Below the pieces are notes generated by a model. The model had not been told where the DNA came from. It made no database searches and was given only the letters and a program-made list of their open reading frames with translations. From contig OZ243980.1 in the NCBI GenBank assembly GCA_965214875.1, positions 2,200,009 through 2,264,008 of the forward strand: 64,000 nucleotides of DNA, written 5' to 3'. Each line of letters opens with the position of its first letter. The stretch's first letter is position 1. Origin of the DNA: Arenicellales bacterium. GTDB lineage: Bacteria > Pseudomonadota > Gammaproteobacteria > Arenicellales > JAJDZL01. Below, piece after piece: positions 29,843 to 39,593 of this stretch. A program made the position numbers and the translations under genes.

Positions 29843-31774
29843 TTAGCTCGCCATCTTCATGTGATCGTAGATCTGCAAATCCATGATCTGCAAATTCGCG
29901 ACCATCTCGCCTTTGCGGCCATCTTCAAATGTGACAACATTCTTGATGTGCCCCATCTTAGCGCCAGAATAGACGGCATCGATCAAGCTCTGATATCGGG
30001 CAGCGATGATCCGACGGCGCACCTTTCTGGTACGTGTCAGTTCGCCGTCATCAGCGTCGAGTTCCTTGTGCAGAATCAAGAATCGCTTGATCTGCGCACC
30101 CACCATGGTCGAATCGCTGGCCAGATCAGCATTGGTCTTTTCGATGCAGTTCTTGATCATGTCGTAGACCCTCGCGTCCGCGGCGAGCTCCTGATAGCTG
30201 GCATACGGCACATTGTTTCGCTCCGCCCAGTTGCCAACCGCTTCAAGATCAATATTGACCATTGCTGCAACATAGTCCTTGCTATCGCCAAAGGCGACGA
30301 CCTCCTTGATTTGAGGAAAGAACTTAAGCTTGCATTCAAGATACTTCGGGGCAAAGATCGTTCCGTCATTCAATTTGCCGACATCCTTGACTCGATCGAT
30401 AATTTTCAAATGCCCTTCATCATCGATATAGCCGGCATCGCCAGTGTGGACCCATCCATCCGGCGTTCGCGTTTCCGAGGTCGCTTCAGGATTCTTGTAG
30501 TAGGACTGAAACACGCCTGGGCTTCGATAGATCACCTCGCCTCGTTCCGTGATCTTCAGTTCAACTCCCGGAAACGGGCGACCGACCGTGTCGGCGCGAA
30601 CCTCATTGTCGGGTTGCAGCGAGATGTATACCGATGCCTCGGTCTGTCCGTAGAGCTGCTTGATGTTGATTCCCAGTGATCGGAAAAATTCAAATATTTC
30701 CGGCCCGATCGCCTCGCCTGCCGTATATGCCAGACGGATTCTGCTGAATCCCATGGTGTTTTTCAGCGGACCGAAGACAAGGATATTGCCTAGCGCATAC
30801 AAAATGCGGTCGCCGATGCTGACGGAGCGCCCTTCGAGAAGATCGATGCCGCATCGCTTTGCCACGCTCATGAAGTATTCGAACATCTTGCGCTTGATCC
30901 ACGCGGCATCCTCCATTCGGACCATCACACTGGTAAGAATCGACTCGAAAATCCGGGGCGGACTGAAAAAATAGGTGGGGCCGATTTCGCGCATGTCATG
31001 CATGACAGTCTCGCCGCTTTCCGGACAGCTGACGCAAAACCCTGCGACGTAGGACTGGGCATAGGAAAAGAAATGATCGCCCACCCAGGCCATGGGCAAG
31101 TAGGCAAGACACTCTTCGCGGTCGGTCAGCGAGTCGAACTCGATCGAGCGCCCCACTGTCACCAAGATGTTTTCATGCGTCAAGATAACGCCTTTCGGGT
31201 TGCCCGTCGTGCCCGAGGTATACAGCAAGACCGCGGCATCTTCCGAAGCGCCCTTGTCCAGCTCCGAATTGAAGTAGTCAGGCTTGCCTGAGTTGAAATC
31301 CTTGCCGGACCGGATCAGCTGCTCGTAGTCGATTAATCCTGGGTGGCTGTAATGGCGCAACCCTCTGGGATCATCATAGAAGATATGCTGCAGCTCTGGG
31401 CAATTCGGAGAAATCTCGAGCATCTTGTCGACTTGCTCCTGATCTTCGACCAGGGCGAATCGCACGTCCGCATGGTTGATGACGTATTCCATCTCCTGCG
31501 CCACCGAATCCTGATAGAGAGGTACAGGAATGCCTCCTAGTGATTGAGCCGCGGCCATGCCCCAGTACAGTCTAGGGCGATTGTCGCCTACGATCGCGAG
31601 CTTGTCTTCACGCTTGAAGCCGCTCGCTGCGAGCCCGCAAGCCAAATCTCGCACTTCCTGCGCTACTTGACTCCAAGTCCAAGCCTGCCATATACCGAGG
31701 TCCTTCTCTCGAATAGCGGGCTTGTCGCCGCTTTTTGTTGCGCGGTCAAATAGAATTTTTGGCAGGGTGTCCAA
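29843..31774 (-). CDS. Long-chain-fatty-acid-CoA ligase-like AMP-dependent synthetase
   Basis: LYTSGTTGNPKGV and HTGDAGYIDDEGHLKIIDRVKD. 643 aa, first gene of the transporter cluster. Confidence 0.85.
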   Translation of the reverse strand: MDTLPKILFDRATKSGDKPAIREKDLGIWQAWTWSQVAQEVRDLACGLAASGFKREDKLAIVGDNRPRLYWGMAAAQSLGGIPVPLYQDSVAQEMEYVINHADVRFALVEDQEQVDKMLEISPNCPELQHIFYDDPRGLRHYSHPGLIDYEQLIRSGKDFNSGKPDYFNSELDKGASEDAAVLLYTSGTTGNPKGVILTHENILVTVGRSIEFDSLTDREECLAYLPMAWVGDHFFSYAQSYVAGFCVSCPESGETVMHDMREIGPTYFFSPPRIFESILTSVMVRMEDAAWIKRKMFEYFMSVAKRCGIDLLEGRSVSIGDRILYALGNILVFGPLKNTMGFSRIRLAYTAGEAIGPEIFEFFRSLGINIKQLYGQTEASVYISLQPDNEVRADTVGRPFPGVELKITERGEVIYRSPGVFQSYYKNPEATSETRTPDGWVHTGDAGYIDDEGHLKIIDRVKDVGKLNDGTIFAPKYLECKLKFFPQIKEVVAFGDSKDYVAAMVNIDLEAVGNWAERNNVPYASYQELAADARVYDMIKNCIEKTNADLASDSTMVGAQIKRFLILHKELDADDGELTRTRKVRRRIIAARYQSLIDAVYSGAKMGHIKNVVTFEDGRKGEMVANLQIMDLQIYDHMKMAS

Positions 31775-32722
31775 GCTCTTGCCAGCTTTGTCCTATCCTG
31801 CGGCGGCGCGATGAGTCGCTGGAAGGTTCATTGTCGTCATTCCGTCCCTCGATAGGATGATCAAGATTGAAAGTCGCTGTTTATACATGATTTTAACTAC
31901 TAGTGCCTGGGCTAAAAAATCGAAAAATTTCAACCGCTCAGGGATGCCGGAACGCTCCGTTTAGCGGACGCAGTCCGCAAATGGCCGACCCGGGCCATGC
32001 TTTCTAGGCTTTCTCGATTTCCCAGCGCATTTCTTATGTTATGCGCAAGCGTATGGTTTCTGTTTTCATTTGGCTTTCCTGTTTGGTTGATGCATGCGGC
32101 TTCCGCTGTGCGAAACGCCAGCCATTGAAGGAATATCCAGCAATATTTGCCGCTTTGCGGAGCGTGAATGAATCGGCTTGCCGATTCGCGTTCGGTTTTT
32201 GTTGTTTCCACCGGCTTCCTTCGCCTTCGATGCATTTCACTTCATCGCATAGGCTTCAGCGCGCCCGGTTGCGATTGTTTTCGTACTGGTATTCGGCTTC
32301 TGTCTAAGCCGTTCCTAATGCGTTGTCGAATGCTCGCCCTTTTGTCCATTTGCGTTCTTTGAGCGTTGTTAGCAGCGCATCTGTGCAGCAAAGCCATAAA
32401 CGGCGCAGCGTTCGGAATCTGCGCATTGCTCATAAGCCCGCACCCGTCGCCATGCACTTTTTGATGGTCGCCAGCAAAGCGCGCAGGCCGAAGCCATGGC
32501 CCGAATTTGCGTCTTGATCGCATTTTCGCCGGCACTGCGGAACGACCCGGCATCCCTGATGCCGCCTGATCCTACACAGCTATGCGATCGCCGATGCCGG
32601 CAGATGGGCATCGCCGGCCGGGATAAGGCAACTGCTTTTCCCGTTCGCGGTATAGCAACGCTTGATGCCGAAAGCACATCCTCGGCGAGTTCGGCACAAC
32701 GCCCTGCCGAACGGCGCCGGGT

Positions 32723-33139
32723 TCACCCGATGACGGCTTGCAGCGCCGCCAGCAGCCCTATCCCCGTCGCAATCATCGCGCCCATCCGGAACGTCAAGGC
32801 CTTGCCGAGATTGTCAATCCTGCCTTCCAGACGATCAATCCTGCCTTCCAGACGATCAATCCTGCCGTTTAGCGCAACGATCTCGCCGCGAACCTCCGCA
32901 AGCTCTACGCGAACCTCCGCGATCTTGCCGTCCAGCTCGCTGTGAACCTCGGCAATCTTGCCCGTCAGCTCGATGCGAAGATGCTCCAGATCGTCCTTGG
33001 TCGCGACATTGGCGACCAGATGCTCATGAATGGTCCGCGCAATCCCCTCGGCCTGCTTTTTGCCGAACGCGTAGTCCCGCTCGAGACCCCTCGCAATCGA
33101 AAGCGTGTCGTAGGCATGCACCGCCAGACTTGATGCCAT
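32723..33139 (-). CDS. Coiled-coil protein with C-terminal transmembrane helix (DUF1640-like)
   Basis: ATG 33139 is preceded by GGAGGA. Heptad repeats ...GKIAEVHSELDGKIAEVRVELAEVRGEIVALNGRIDRLEGRIDRLEGRIDNLGK are followed by MGAMIATGIGLLAALQAVIG. The track start at 33217 is probably too long. Confidence 0.6.
   Translation of the reverse strand: MASSLAVHAYDTLSIARGLERDYAFGKKQAEGIARTIHEHLVANVATKDDLEHLRIELTGKIAEVHSELDGKIAEVRVELAEVRGEIVALNGRIDRLEGRIDRLEGRIDNLGKALTFRMGAMIATGIGLLAALQAVIG
32814..32876. repeat. 21-bp tandem repeat: two perfect units plus one degenerate unit, coding the heptad GRIDRLE
   Basis: TCAATCCTGCCTTCCAGACGA at 32814-32834 and 32835-32855, with a third diverged unit. Confidence 0.85.
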
Positions 33140-34044
33140 GGATAAGTTCCTCCGTCTTGTCGCCTGTTGTTCCGCGCACGGACTGCCGCAAGCCGGCCCG
33201 CGCACTTCCGCACCCATCCATTTTACACGACCGTGCCCGCTCGCAGATCGGAAATTGCCGCGGCGCTACCGGCAAGAAGCGCCGATGCCCGGCTGCGCGA
33301 CGACAGCTCGGCAGGCATGCGGCGTGATTCCAGATCAGTCCCGCGAAACGGCACCCGCAGGAACGAAGGTCGGCGGGTCAAGCGCATCGACGGTCGCCTC
33401 AATATCCGAACCGTCGTCTTTAACCCTGCATGACGGACTCGCCGATTCAACACGGATGCCGCCCGAAGTCAGCGCGGATTTTCCGCTTGCGCTTTTCATT
33501 CGCAACCGGGACGGGCACTTCGGCGCATGAGAACCTGGCGATTTCCTTCATGATGCCCGGCGCATCGGCAAAATGCTTGCCGCAGCACATGGGCCATGAT
33601 TGGCGAGAAGACACGCCCGGGCCGACATGCTCCTGACTGGCAATGTCTTCAATTGGAGGGAACCCTGATTTTCGGATCACTCTGAAATCAAAGACAACCT
33701 CTAGCAGGGTTCCTTCATTTGATTGTCAATCAGATGAAGCCCCTATTCCGAAGAACTTCCGGACGCCATTGAATTTTAGCAGCGGCTGCATTCAATTCGA
33801 CGAGTGCGAAGATGCATGCCGCAAAGCATCGCCGTGCAACGACGCTCTCAAGTCGAGCCCCCTCGCGTTTCTTCGCAGTTGCTGCGTACGCGGTATTAAG
33901 CATGTCTTATGCCCGGTCGCTCTCAGGATTCGGAGAGCCCGGCGATCACACCTGCATTGCCCATCTTCGCAACACTTGCTGCGTATCGCGCATGCGCGTC
34001 GCATTCACACGATTCGCACAGGCATGATGCGCGCATGCCAATCA

Positions 34045-35256
34045 TTAGCTTTGCAGCCCGACAATTGGGTCAAGCCGGGCCGCTTGGCGGGCCGGCTGAA
34101 ATCCGAAGAATATTCCGACAACCGCCGCCACCAGAATTCCGCTCGCGACCGATGTGGTTGACACAAGGTAGTCCCATCCGGTGAATTGACACCCCACCCA
34201 AGTCGCCACCAAGCCGGCTGCGCTTCCCAGCACACCGCCGGACACGGTTAGAAGGATTGATTCGATCAGGAACTGGCTTTGAATATCTCGTCGCCGCGCA
34301 CCAAGCGCGCGGCGCACAGCGATCTCGCGGCGACGCTCGGCGACGGACACAAGCATGATATTCATGATTCCTATCCCGCCTACGATCAACGCAATGCTTC
34401 CGATTGACCCGAGAAGCAAAGTGTAGGTCTGCATTTGGGATTCCAGCTGTCCGATCAATTCCTTCGCGGTGACGACATCAATATTCAGTCCGAACGATCT
34501 GATGGCGAAATAGTCTTTCACGTCTGTCACCGCCGCCTCACTTTCAACCCCGGGCGCTGATCTGGCGACAACCACTTCAATCTCTGAACTAGGATCAATC
34601 CGAGCGGCAGTTGTGATTGGAATGAAAACGGAGGAATTTGCCTGAAGCGAAATAGGCAAAAGATAATCTTCCTCTTTGGGACTCAACTCGCCCACAACGG
34701 TATAAAGCGAGCCGGAGATATCGATCAACTCGCCCACAACGTTCTGCGTGCCGGCTTCACGCATTGCAGCGGCAACTTCGGAACCGACGACGCTGTAGTA
34801 TCTTTCGATATCAAGATTCGACACATATCGACCATTGATCACTTCAAGCTCGTTCACTTTGGCGAAGTTTTCAGTTACACCTTGGACGCTTCCATCTCCA
34901 ACCTTCTCGCCTGCATGCATGAAGGAGCCATAACCGGGGTATCGCGCTGCCGCAGAATCGATAGACGGCAAAACCTCTTCCATTTCAACTACATCAGTCA
35001 AGTTGATTTGTATTTTCTCACTCTCGGGACCGCCTCCGAAACCCGACTTTCGAATCACCATGATATCGGTGCCGAGCGCCTCGAACTCCTTGCGCGCATG
35101 CTCCTTGGCAATCTCGCCCAAGGAGACCATCGTGATCACCGAGCAGATGCCGATCATCACGCTGATCAGGCCTAGTATCGTTCGCAATCGCGCTTTGCGC
35201 AGACTGTCGAATGCCTCACGCGCATTGGCGCCGAGTACGGAGAAGGTTCTAGACAT
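34045..35256 (-). CDS. ABC transporter permease, FtsX/MacB-type (DevC-like)
   Basis: An N-terminal TM helix, a large periplasmic domain and a C-terminal FtsX 3-TM bundle (RREIAVRRALGARRRDI). Confidence 0.85.
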   Translation of the reverse strand: MSRTFSVLGANAREAFDSLRKARLRTILGLISVMIGICSVITMVSLGEIAKEHARKEFEALGTDIMVIRKSGFGGGPESEKIQINLTDVVEMEEVLPSIDSAAARYPGYGSFMHAGEKVGDGSVQGVTENFAKVNELEVINGRYVSNLDIERYYSVVGSEVAAAMREAGTQNVVGELIDISGSLYTVVGELSPKEEDYLLPISLQANSSVFIPITTAARIDPSSEIEVVVARSAPGVESEAAVTDVKDYFAIRSFGLNIDVVTAKELIGQLESQMQTYTLLLGSIGSIALIVGGIGIMNIMLVSVAERRREIAVRRALGARRRDIQSQFLIESILLTVSGGVLGSAAGLVATWVGCQFTGWDYLVSTTSVASGILVAAVVGIFFGFQPARQAARLDPIVGLQS

Positions 35257-35273
35257 GGCGTATTGATCTACCG

Positions 35274-36062
35274 CTATGCATCTTGCACAAGCGCATGCTC
35301 GTTGCCGCCGCTGCCAGCGAGCTGCATTGGATCTGGCGGCAGATCGCCGAAGGGATGATCCATCGCGTCCACGCCCGCTTCGCTAAGCTTGCCGCTGTCA
35401 ATTCGCACTTGTCGAACACACTGGCGCGCCACCTGCGCATCGTGCGTAATAATCAATATGGTGACCCTGCGCTCGACGTGCAATTGCAAAAGCAGATTCA
35501 TCACGTCTTTGGCGGTAGCCTCATCCAAGGCGCCTGTCGGCTCATCAGCAAGTATGAGAGCAGGATCTCCCACTAAAGCGCGCGCAATGGCAACGCGCTG
35601 CTTTTGCCCGCCCGAGAGCTGGTCCGGTCGATGGTGGCTTCGATCTTTCAGGCCAACGCGCTTGAGGATATCAAGCGCTCGCTTTTTCGCTGCGGACCGC
35701 GAAGTGCCGCGGTACATCAGCGGAAGAATGACATTTTCCACCGCGTTCAGGTGCGGCAGCAGATGAAACGACTGAAATACAAAACCGATATGCGTATTGC
35801 GCAAGCTGGATAGCGCGTTGTCGCTTACATTGGAGATATCCTGTCCATTCAGCAGGAATTTGCCGGAGCTGGGGCGATCCAGAAGACCTATGATATTCAT
35901 CAGCGTTGTCTTGCCGCTGCCGGATGGCCCCATAATCGAGACAAGCTCGCCGTCAGAGACTTCCAGATCGATGCCGCGCAGCACTTCTGTCGTTATCGGC
36001 CCGAGTTGATATGATCTTGTGACTGCGTCGAGTCTCAACGTTGCGGTATTAGACTGGTTCAT
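35274..36062 (-). CDS. ABC transporter ATP-binding protein (MacB/LolD/DevA-type)
   Basis: Walker [10 protein letters not shown], signature [15 protein letters not shown] and Walker B ILADEPTG. It has a C-terminal extension of about 35 aa. Confidence 0.9.
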   Translation of the reverse strand: MNQSNTATLRLDAVTRSYQLGPITTEVLRGIDLEVSDGELVSIMGPSGSGKTTLMNIIGLLDRPSSGKFLLNGQDISNVSDNALSSLRNTHIGFVFQSFHLLPHLNAVENVILPLMYRGTSRSAAKKRALDILKRVGLKDRSHHRPDQLSGGQKQRVAIARALVGDPALILADEPTGALDEATAKDVMNLLLQLHVERRVTILIITHDAQVARQCVRQVRIDSGKLSEAGVDAMDHPFGDLPPDPMQLAGSGGNEHALVQDA

Positions 36063-36126
36063 GCTAGAAAATCACCTCACCGGTTGCGCGACGCGAACAA
36101 TCATAGTGTCTATCCATTCGACAACT

Positions 36127-37902
36127 CTACGGAAACGCGATCGTGTCGCCTGCGGAAAGTCCGTCGACAATCTCGACCTCACTCAGCGAAGTCAGGCCAA
36201 CTTCAACAACTCGCTGAGTCGTCGCGCCATTATCCGGGTCGACTACGTTGACGAACGATTGTCCACCCATTTGAACAACGGCGCCTAAAGGGATCATGAT
36301 AGCATCTGGTTGATGATGCACTACTACAGTAACGTGTGTCGACATGCCTACCCGCAGTTCATCACGGATATCCGGCGATAATCTATCGAGGGTGACGACG
36401 GTTTCGAAACTTGGCGTGCCGCGGCCTATCGCTCCGCCGCCTGCGCGCGACGAGATGGAGGTGACCTGGCCTTCGATTCTAATGCCTGGAAATGCGGGGC
36501 CGGTTATCCAAGCCTGTTGTCCAATCTCAACGTTGCGCACATCGATCTCGTCAACTGCAACTTTGACGGACAATTGTTCGAAATCCGCGATGCTTGCCAG
36601 CAACTCTCCTTGAGTTACCGCTCGTCCCGCTTCAAAGGGTTTTGCGTTTCGTCCCTCTGCGGGCAGCAAAGTTCCCTTGATCGGCGCTTTGACGGTAGCG
36701 CGATCAATCTGGTCTTGCTTTTCCTGCACCTGCGACTGCGCCCTGTCCACCTTAAGCCGGGCGACACTAAGCGCCTCCTCATCCGCCTTGTTGGCAACCG
36801 AATCCAGTTCGCGCTCAGAGGCGGCGTAATCGACTCTCTGGTTTTCCAGGCTTTGCTGAGCCTTTTCATACACCGAAGCCGCGATGAGGCCCTCGCCGAA
36901 CAGAAATTCGTTCTGTTCAAAATCGCGTTGCGCGTTCTCAAGCGACTGGCGCGCGCGACGCAGCGCACTTCGGGCTCGCGTTATTTCTTCACTGTTTTCC
37001 CAGTCTTCGAGCTCGGCAAGCTCGCCTTGCGCACGAACAAGATCGACTTGCGCCTGTCGCAAATCAAACTCGAGCTGTCCAATGGTAAAGTCGGCTAGCG
37101 CCTGACCTTCGACGACATCTTGCCACGGCTCAACGTAGACTGCTCGAATATTGCTATCAAGCGGGCTGACGACTCGCTCAACCTTGCCCGGCGCAAGATT
37201 GCCCCGCAACGATATGGTTGAGCTGAATTCGCTTGGCTCGACCACCATGGTGAAGGCCGGGGCCGGATTTTCAGGCTCGATCTCGAAGCTTTCTTGAGGC
37301 GCGAACACGGCGCCGAAAATGTCCAGCGGCCGAAAATACCATGAACCGATGCCGACGAATAGCCCCAGAACGGCGAGCACCGCCAGTCCGCGCGCCGCCT
37401 GCAATCGCTTCATCGTCACTGAAAGCGTGTCGTTTCGCGCTTCAATGTCGCGATAGGCCGTCTGCAGCTCGCCCAGCTGCTCTTTGACAACGGCCGCCAT
37501 GCGAAGCTCGGTTTCGCGCAGCTCCTTGATTTCGGTTATGTCCGCTACGACCGCGATCAGGGCAATGCGCTCTTCATGGTCGCCGCGCATCTCTGTGAGA
37601 TACGATGTTGTAACCGAAAGAGTTCGCGCTTCATCTCCGCTGGAAACTCTGGCCACGCTGCGCTCGCAGCCGCGCCGGTCGGCCACGGTGTCAAGAATGA
37701 TCTGGGTGAATTCTTCAATGCCCTCGAACTCGAGGAATAATTCGCCAAACGATTGCCCGATCACATCGTCCGGATTCAGGCCGAACATTTGGTACAGCGC
37801 CGAGTTGGCGATTTGCACTGTTCCCCCGAAGTCGACCGCCATGACGCCATCGGACAGATTTTCAAGCATCGCCCGATAGATATCGAAGTTGCTCTCCGTC
37901 AT
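36127..37902 (-). CDS. Membrane-fusion (HlyD/MacA-type periplasmic adaptor) protein with an N-terminal cytoplasmic PAS-like domain
   Basis: Residues 1 to about 125 (LENLSDGVMAVDFGGTVQIANSALYQMFGLNPDDVIGQSF...) look like a PAS fold. A coiled coil and one TM helix (LAVLAVLGLFVGIGSWYF) follow. The rest is a classical HlyD barrel-sandwich, hairpin and beta-barrel region. Confidence 0.75.
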   Translation of the reverse strand: MTESNFDIYRAMLENLSDGVMAVDFGGTVQIANSALYQMFGLNPDDVIGQSFGELFLEFEGIEEFTQIILDTVADRRGCERSVARVSSGDEARTLSVTTSYLTEMRGDHEERIALIAVVADITEIKELRETELRMAAVVKEQLGELQTAYRDIEARNDTLSVTMKRLQAARGLAVLAVLGLFVGIGSWYFRPLDIFGAVFAPQESFEIEPENPAPAFTMVVEPSEFSSTISLRGNLAPGKVERVVSPLDSNIRAVYVEPWQDVVEGQALADFTIGQLEFDLRQAQVDLVRAQGELAELEDWENSEEITRARSALRRARQSLENAQRDFEQNEFLFGEGLIAASVYEKAQQSLENQRVDYAASERELDSVANKADEEALSVARLKVDRAQSQVQEKQDQIDRATVKAPIKGTLLPAEGRNAKPFEAGRAVTQGELLASIADFEQLSVKVAVDEIDVRNVEIGQQAWITGPAFPGIRIEGQVTSISSRAGGGAIGRGTPSFETVVTLDRLSPDIRDELRVGMSTHVTVVVHHQPDAIMIPLGAVVQMGGQSFVNVVDPDNGATTQRVVEVGLTSLSEVEIVDGLSAGDTIAFP

Positions 37903-39545
37903 TGAATCACATCCTCCAGCACGATTCCCCAGCGCTCAAGCGTACGTCCTGTTGTTTTGTCAAGTTCTAACAAAGCCGTAAAATAGTTTATTTCTGCTTC
38001 GCGTTCTGCTTCCTCTGCATCTTCCAGCGAATCTTCCGATGCTGTCACGTCGGATGCAGACGAAAGTCCCAGCGTAAATTTGTTCCTCTCTATTTGCAGA
38101 TTGTCTGCGGCCAGCTCGCGAGCTCTTTGCGCCAGCTGTATGGACCGGGATTGCCTTTCGACACCATTGACCGCTCGTTGCAACGCTCTTTCTATCTCAT
38201 CGCGTTTCAAAATCAAATCTCGCTCAGCCTTCCTCAGACGGTCGCTAGCCATGAGCAATTCGCGCTTCCCTACACGGTCCTTGAGCAGATCTTTTATTGT
38301 CAGAGTCGCAGAAATAGAACTCGTATTAGTACTCGGCAGAGTGTCTGACCCGCTGCGTGCGCGAGTCGTTTCAAGAACTAAATCAACCTTCGGCAACTGA
38401 TTGTTTTGCGCTTTGGCCAATGCTCGGCGCGCTTTTTCCACGTCTATTTGAGCCTTCTCGTAGTCGGCTTGATTATCGAGCACTTCCTCAAGACTGGGCG
38501 CAAGTTCACCTGATATGGGCTCGATTGTTAAGGCATCAATCGGGGTGATTTTATCCGCAGTGTTCAAATTGAGAGTTTTAATCAGAGCGTCGTTTGCGCT
38601 GTCCAGAGCCTCGCGCGCCGCAATCAGCGCAATTTCCCGATTGGTGATTGATGCCTCGGATTGAAGTATTTCGCGCTCAGCCACGCGCCCTACAGAAATC
38701 AGCGTACGAGTTGTTTCCAGCTGCTTGAGAGCGCTATCCAGCGCTGCTTGACTTTTCTCCACCTGCAATCTTGCTCGGATCAGCGCCTGATATTGTGGGA
38801 CTACACTTTCCACCACACCTTCCACTGTTTTTCGATTAGTGCGCAAACTTTCCCGTACATTAATCTGGGCATTGCGAACGGGGTTGGGCACGATATCATT
38901 CCATGCACCTATCAGCAACGGTATTGGCTGGGTAAATGTGAAAGTCTGGCTTCCTGTATCGAGAGACTTTTCTCCGAAGTACCGGCTCCATTTAGCAGTG
39001 AACTTGCCACCTGTCGGAACTTCAATATCAAAACCAGGCGTTATTGTGGCAAATCGATCACTTGTGCCTGGTCCGCGCTTATCTTGGACAGTCGACGAAA
39101 ATCCAAGATTTGGTTTGAAACGCCGCTTGTCTTCACTCGTACCCAGTCTCTCTATTTCGCGTAGTGCGCGCCGATCATTGATCTCGCGATTATTCTCCAG
39201 CGCCCAATCTATAGCCTGCTTGAGCGTCAAATTATGCACGGTCGAGGGAATGTCGTCCGACGCGACGCTCTGAAATGAAGACACAATCAATGAAATTGCT
39301 CCGACACAGAGCAATTTGGAAACTATGCAGCTGGCATTCACTGACTTTTCTCGAACTTGAACGCGATTTATGCCTAAAGTGTCGATCTGCGCCGTTACGC
39401 CATTGGCGCACAGCACCGAGAGAATAAAAACTGCCATTAGCCCAAAATGAATCGCGTATTGGCAGTCCATTGGAGCCGGCATTTCGATGATTTCAAAACT
39501 TAAAGCCAGCAAATCGCAGTACTGCGCCGCAATGTCCGACGACAT
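37899..39545 (-). CDS. TolC-family outer-membrane efflux protein
   Basis: LTLKQAIDWALENNREI... and duplicated coiled-coil TolC repeats. The true start is probably internal, since a signal-peptide-like KLLCVGAISLIVSSFQSVA lies about 75 aa into the ORF. Confidence 0.8.
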   Translation of the reverse strand: MSSDIAAQYCDLLALSFEIIEMPAPMDCQYAIHFGLMAVFILSVLCANGVTAQIDTLGINRVQVREKSVNASCIVSKLLCVGAISLIVSSFQSVASDDIPSTVHNLTLKQAIDWALENNREINDRRALREIERLGTSEDKRRFKPNLGFSSTVQDKRGPGTSDRFATITPGFDIEVPTGGKFTAKWSRYFGEKSLDTGSQTFTFTQPIPLLIGAWNDIVPNPVRNAQINVRESLRTNRKTVEGVVESVVPQYQALIRARLQVEKSQAALDSALKQLETTRTLISVGRVAEREILQSEASITNREIALIAAREALDSANDALIKTLNLNTADKITPIDALTIEPISGELAPSLEEVLDNQADYEKAQIDVEKARRALAKAQNNQLPKVDLVLETTRARSGSDTLPSTNTSSISATLTIKDLLKDRVGKRELLMASDRLRKAERDLILKRDEIERALQRAVNGVERQSRSIQLAQRARELAADNLQIERNKFTLGLSSASDVTASEDSLEDAEEAEREAEINYFTALLELDKTTGRTLERWGIVLEDVIQ

Positions 39546-39593
39546 CGAAACAATCGCCCATTTTATTGCGTTTGATAGAGGCCGTCAAACTGT

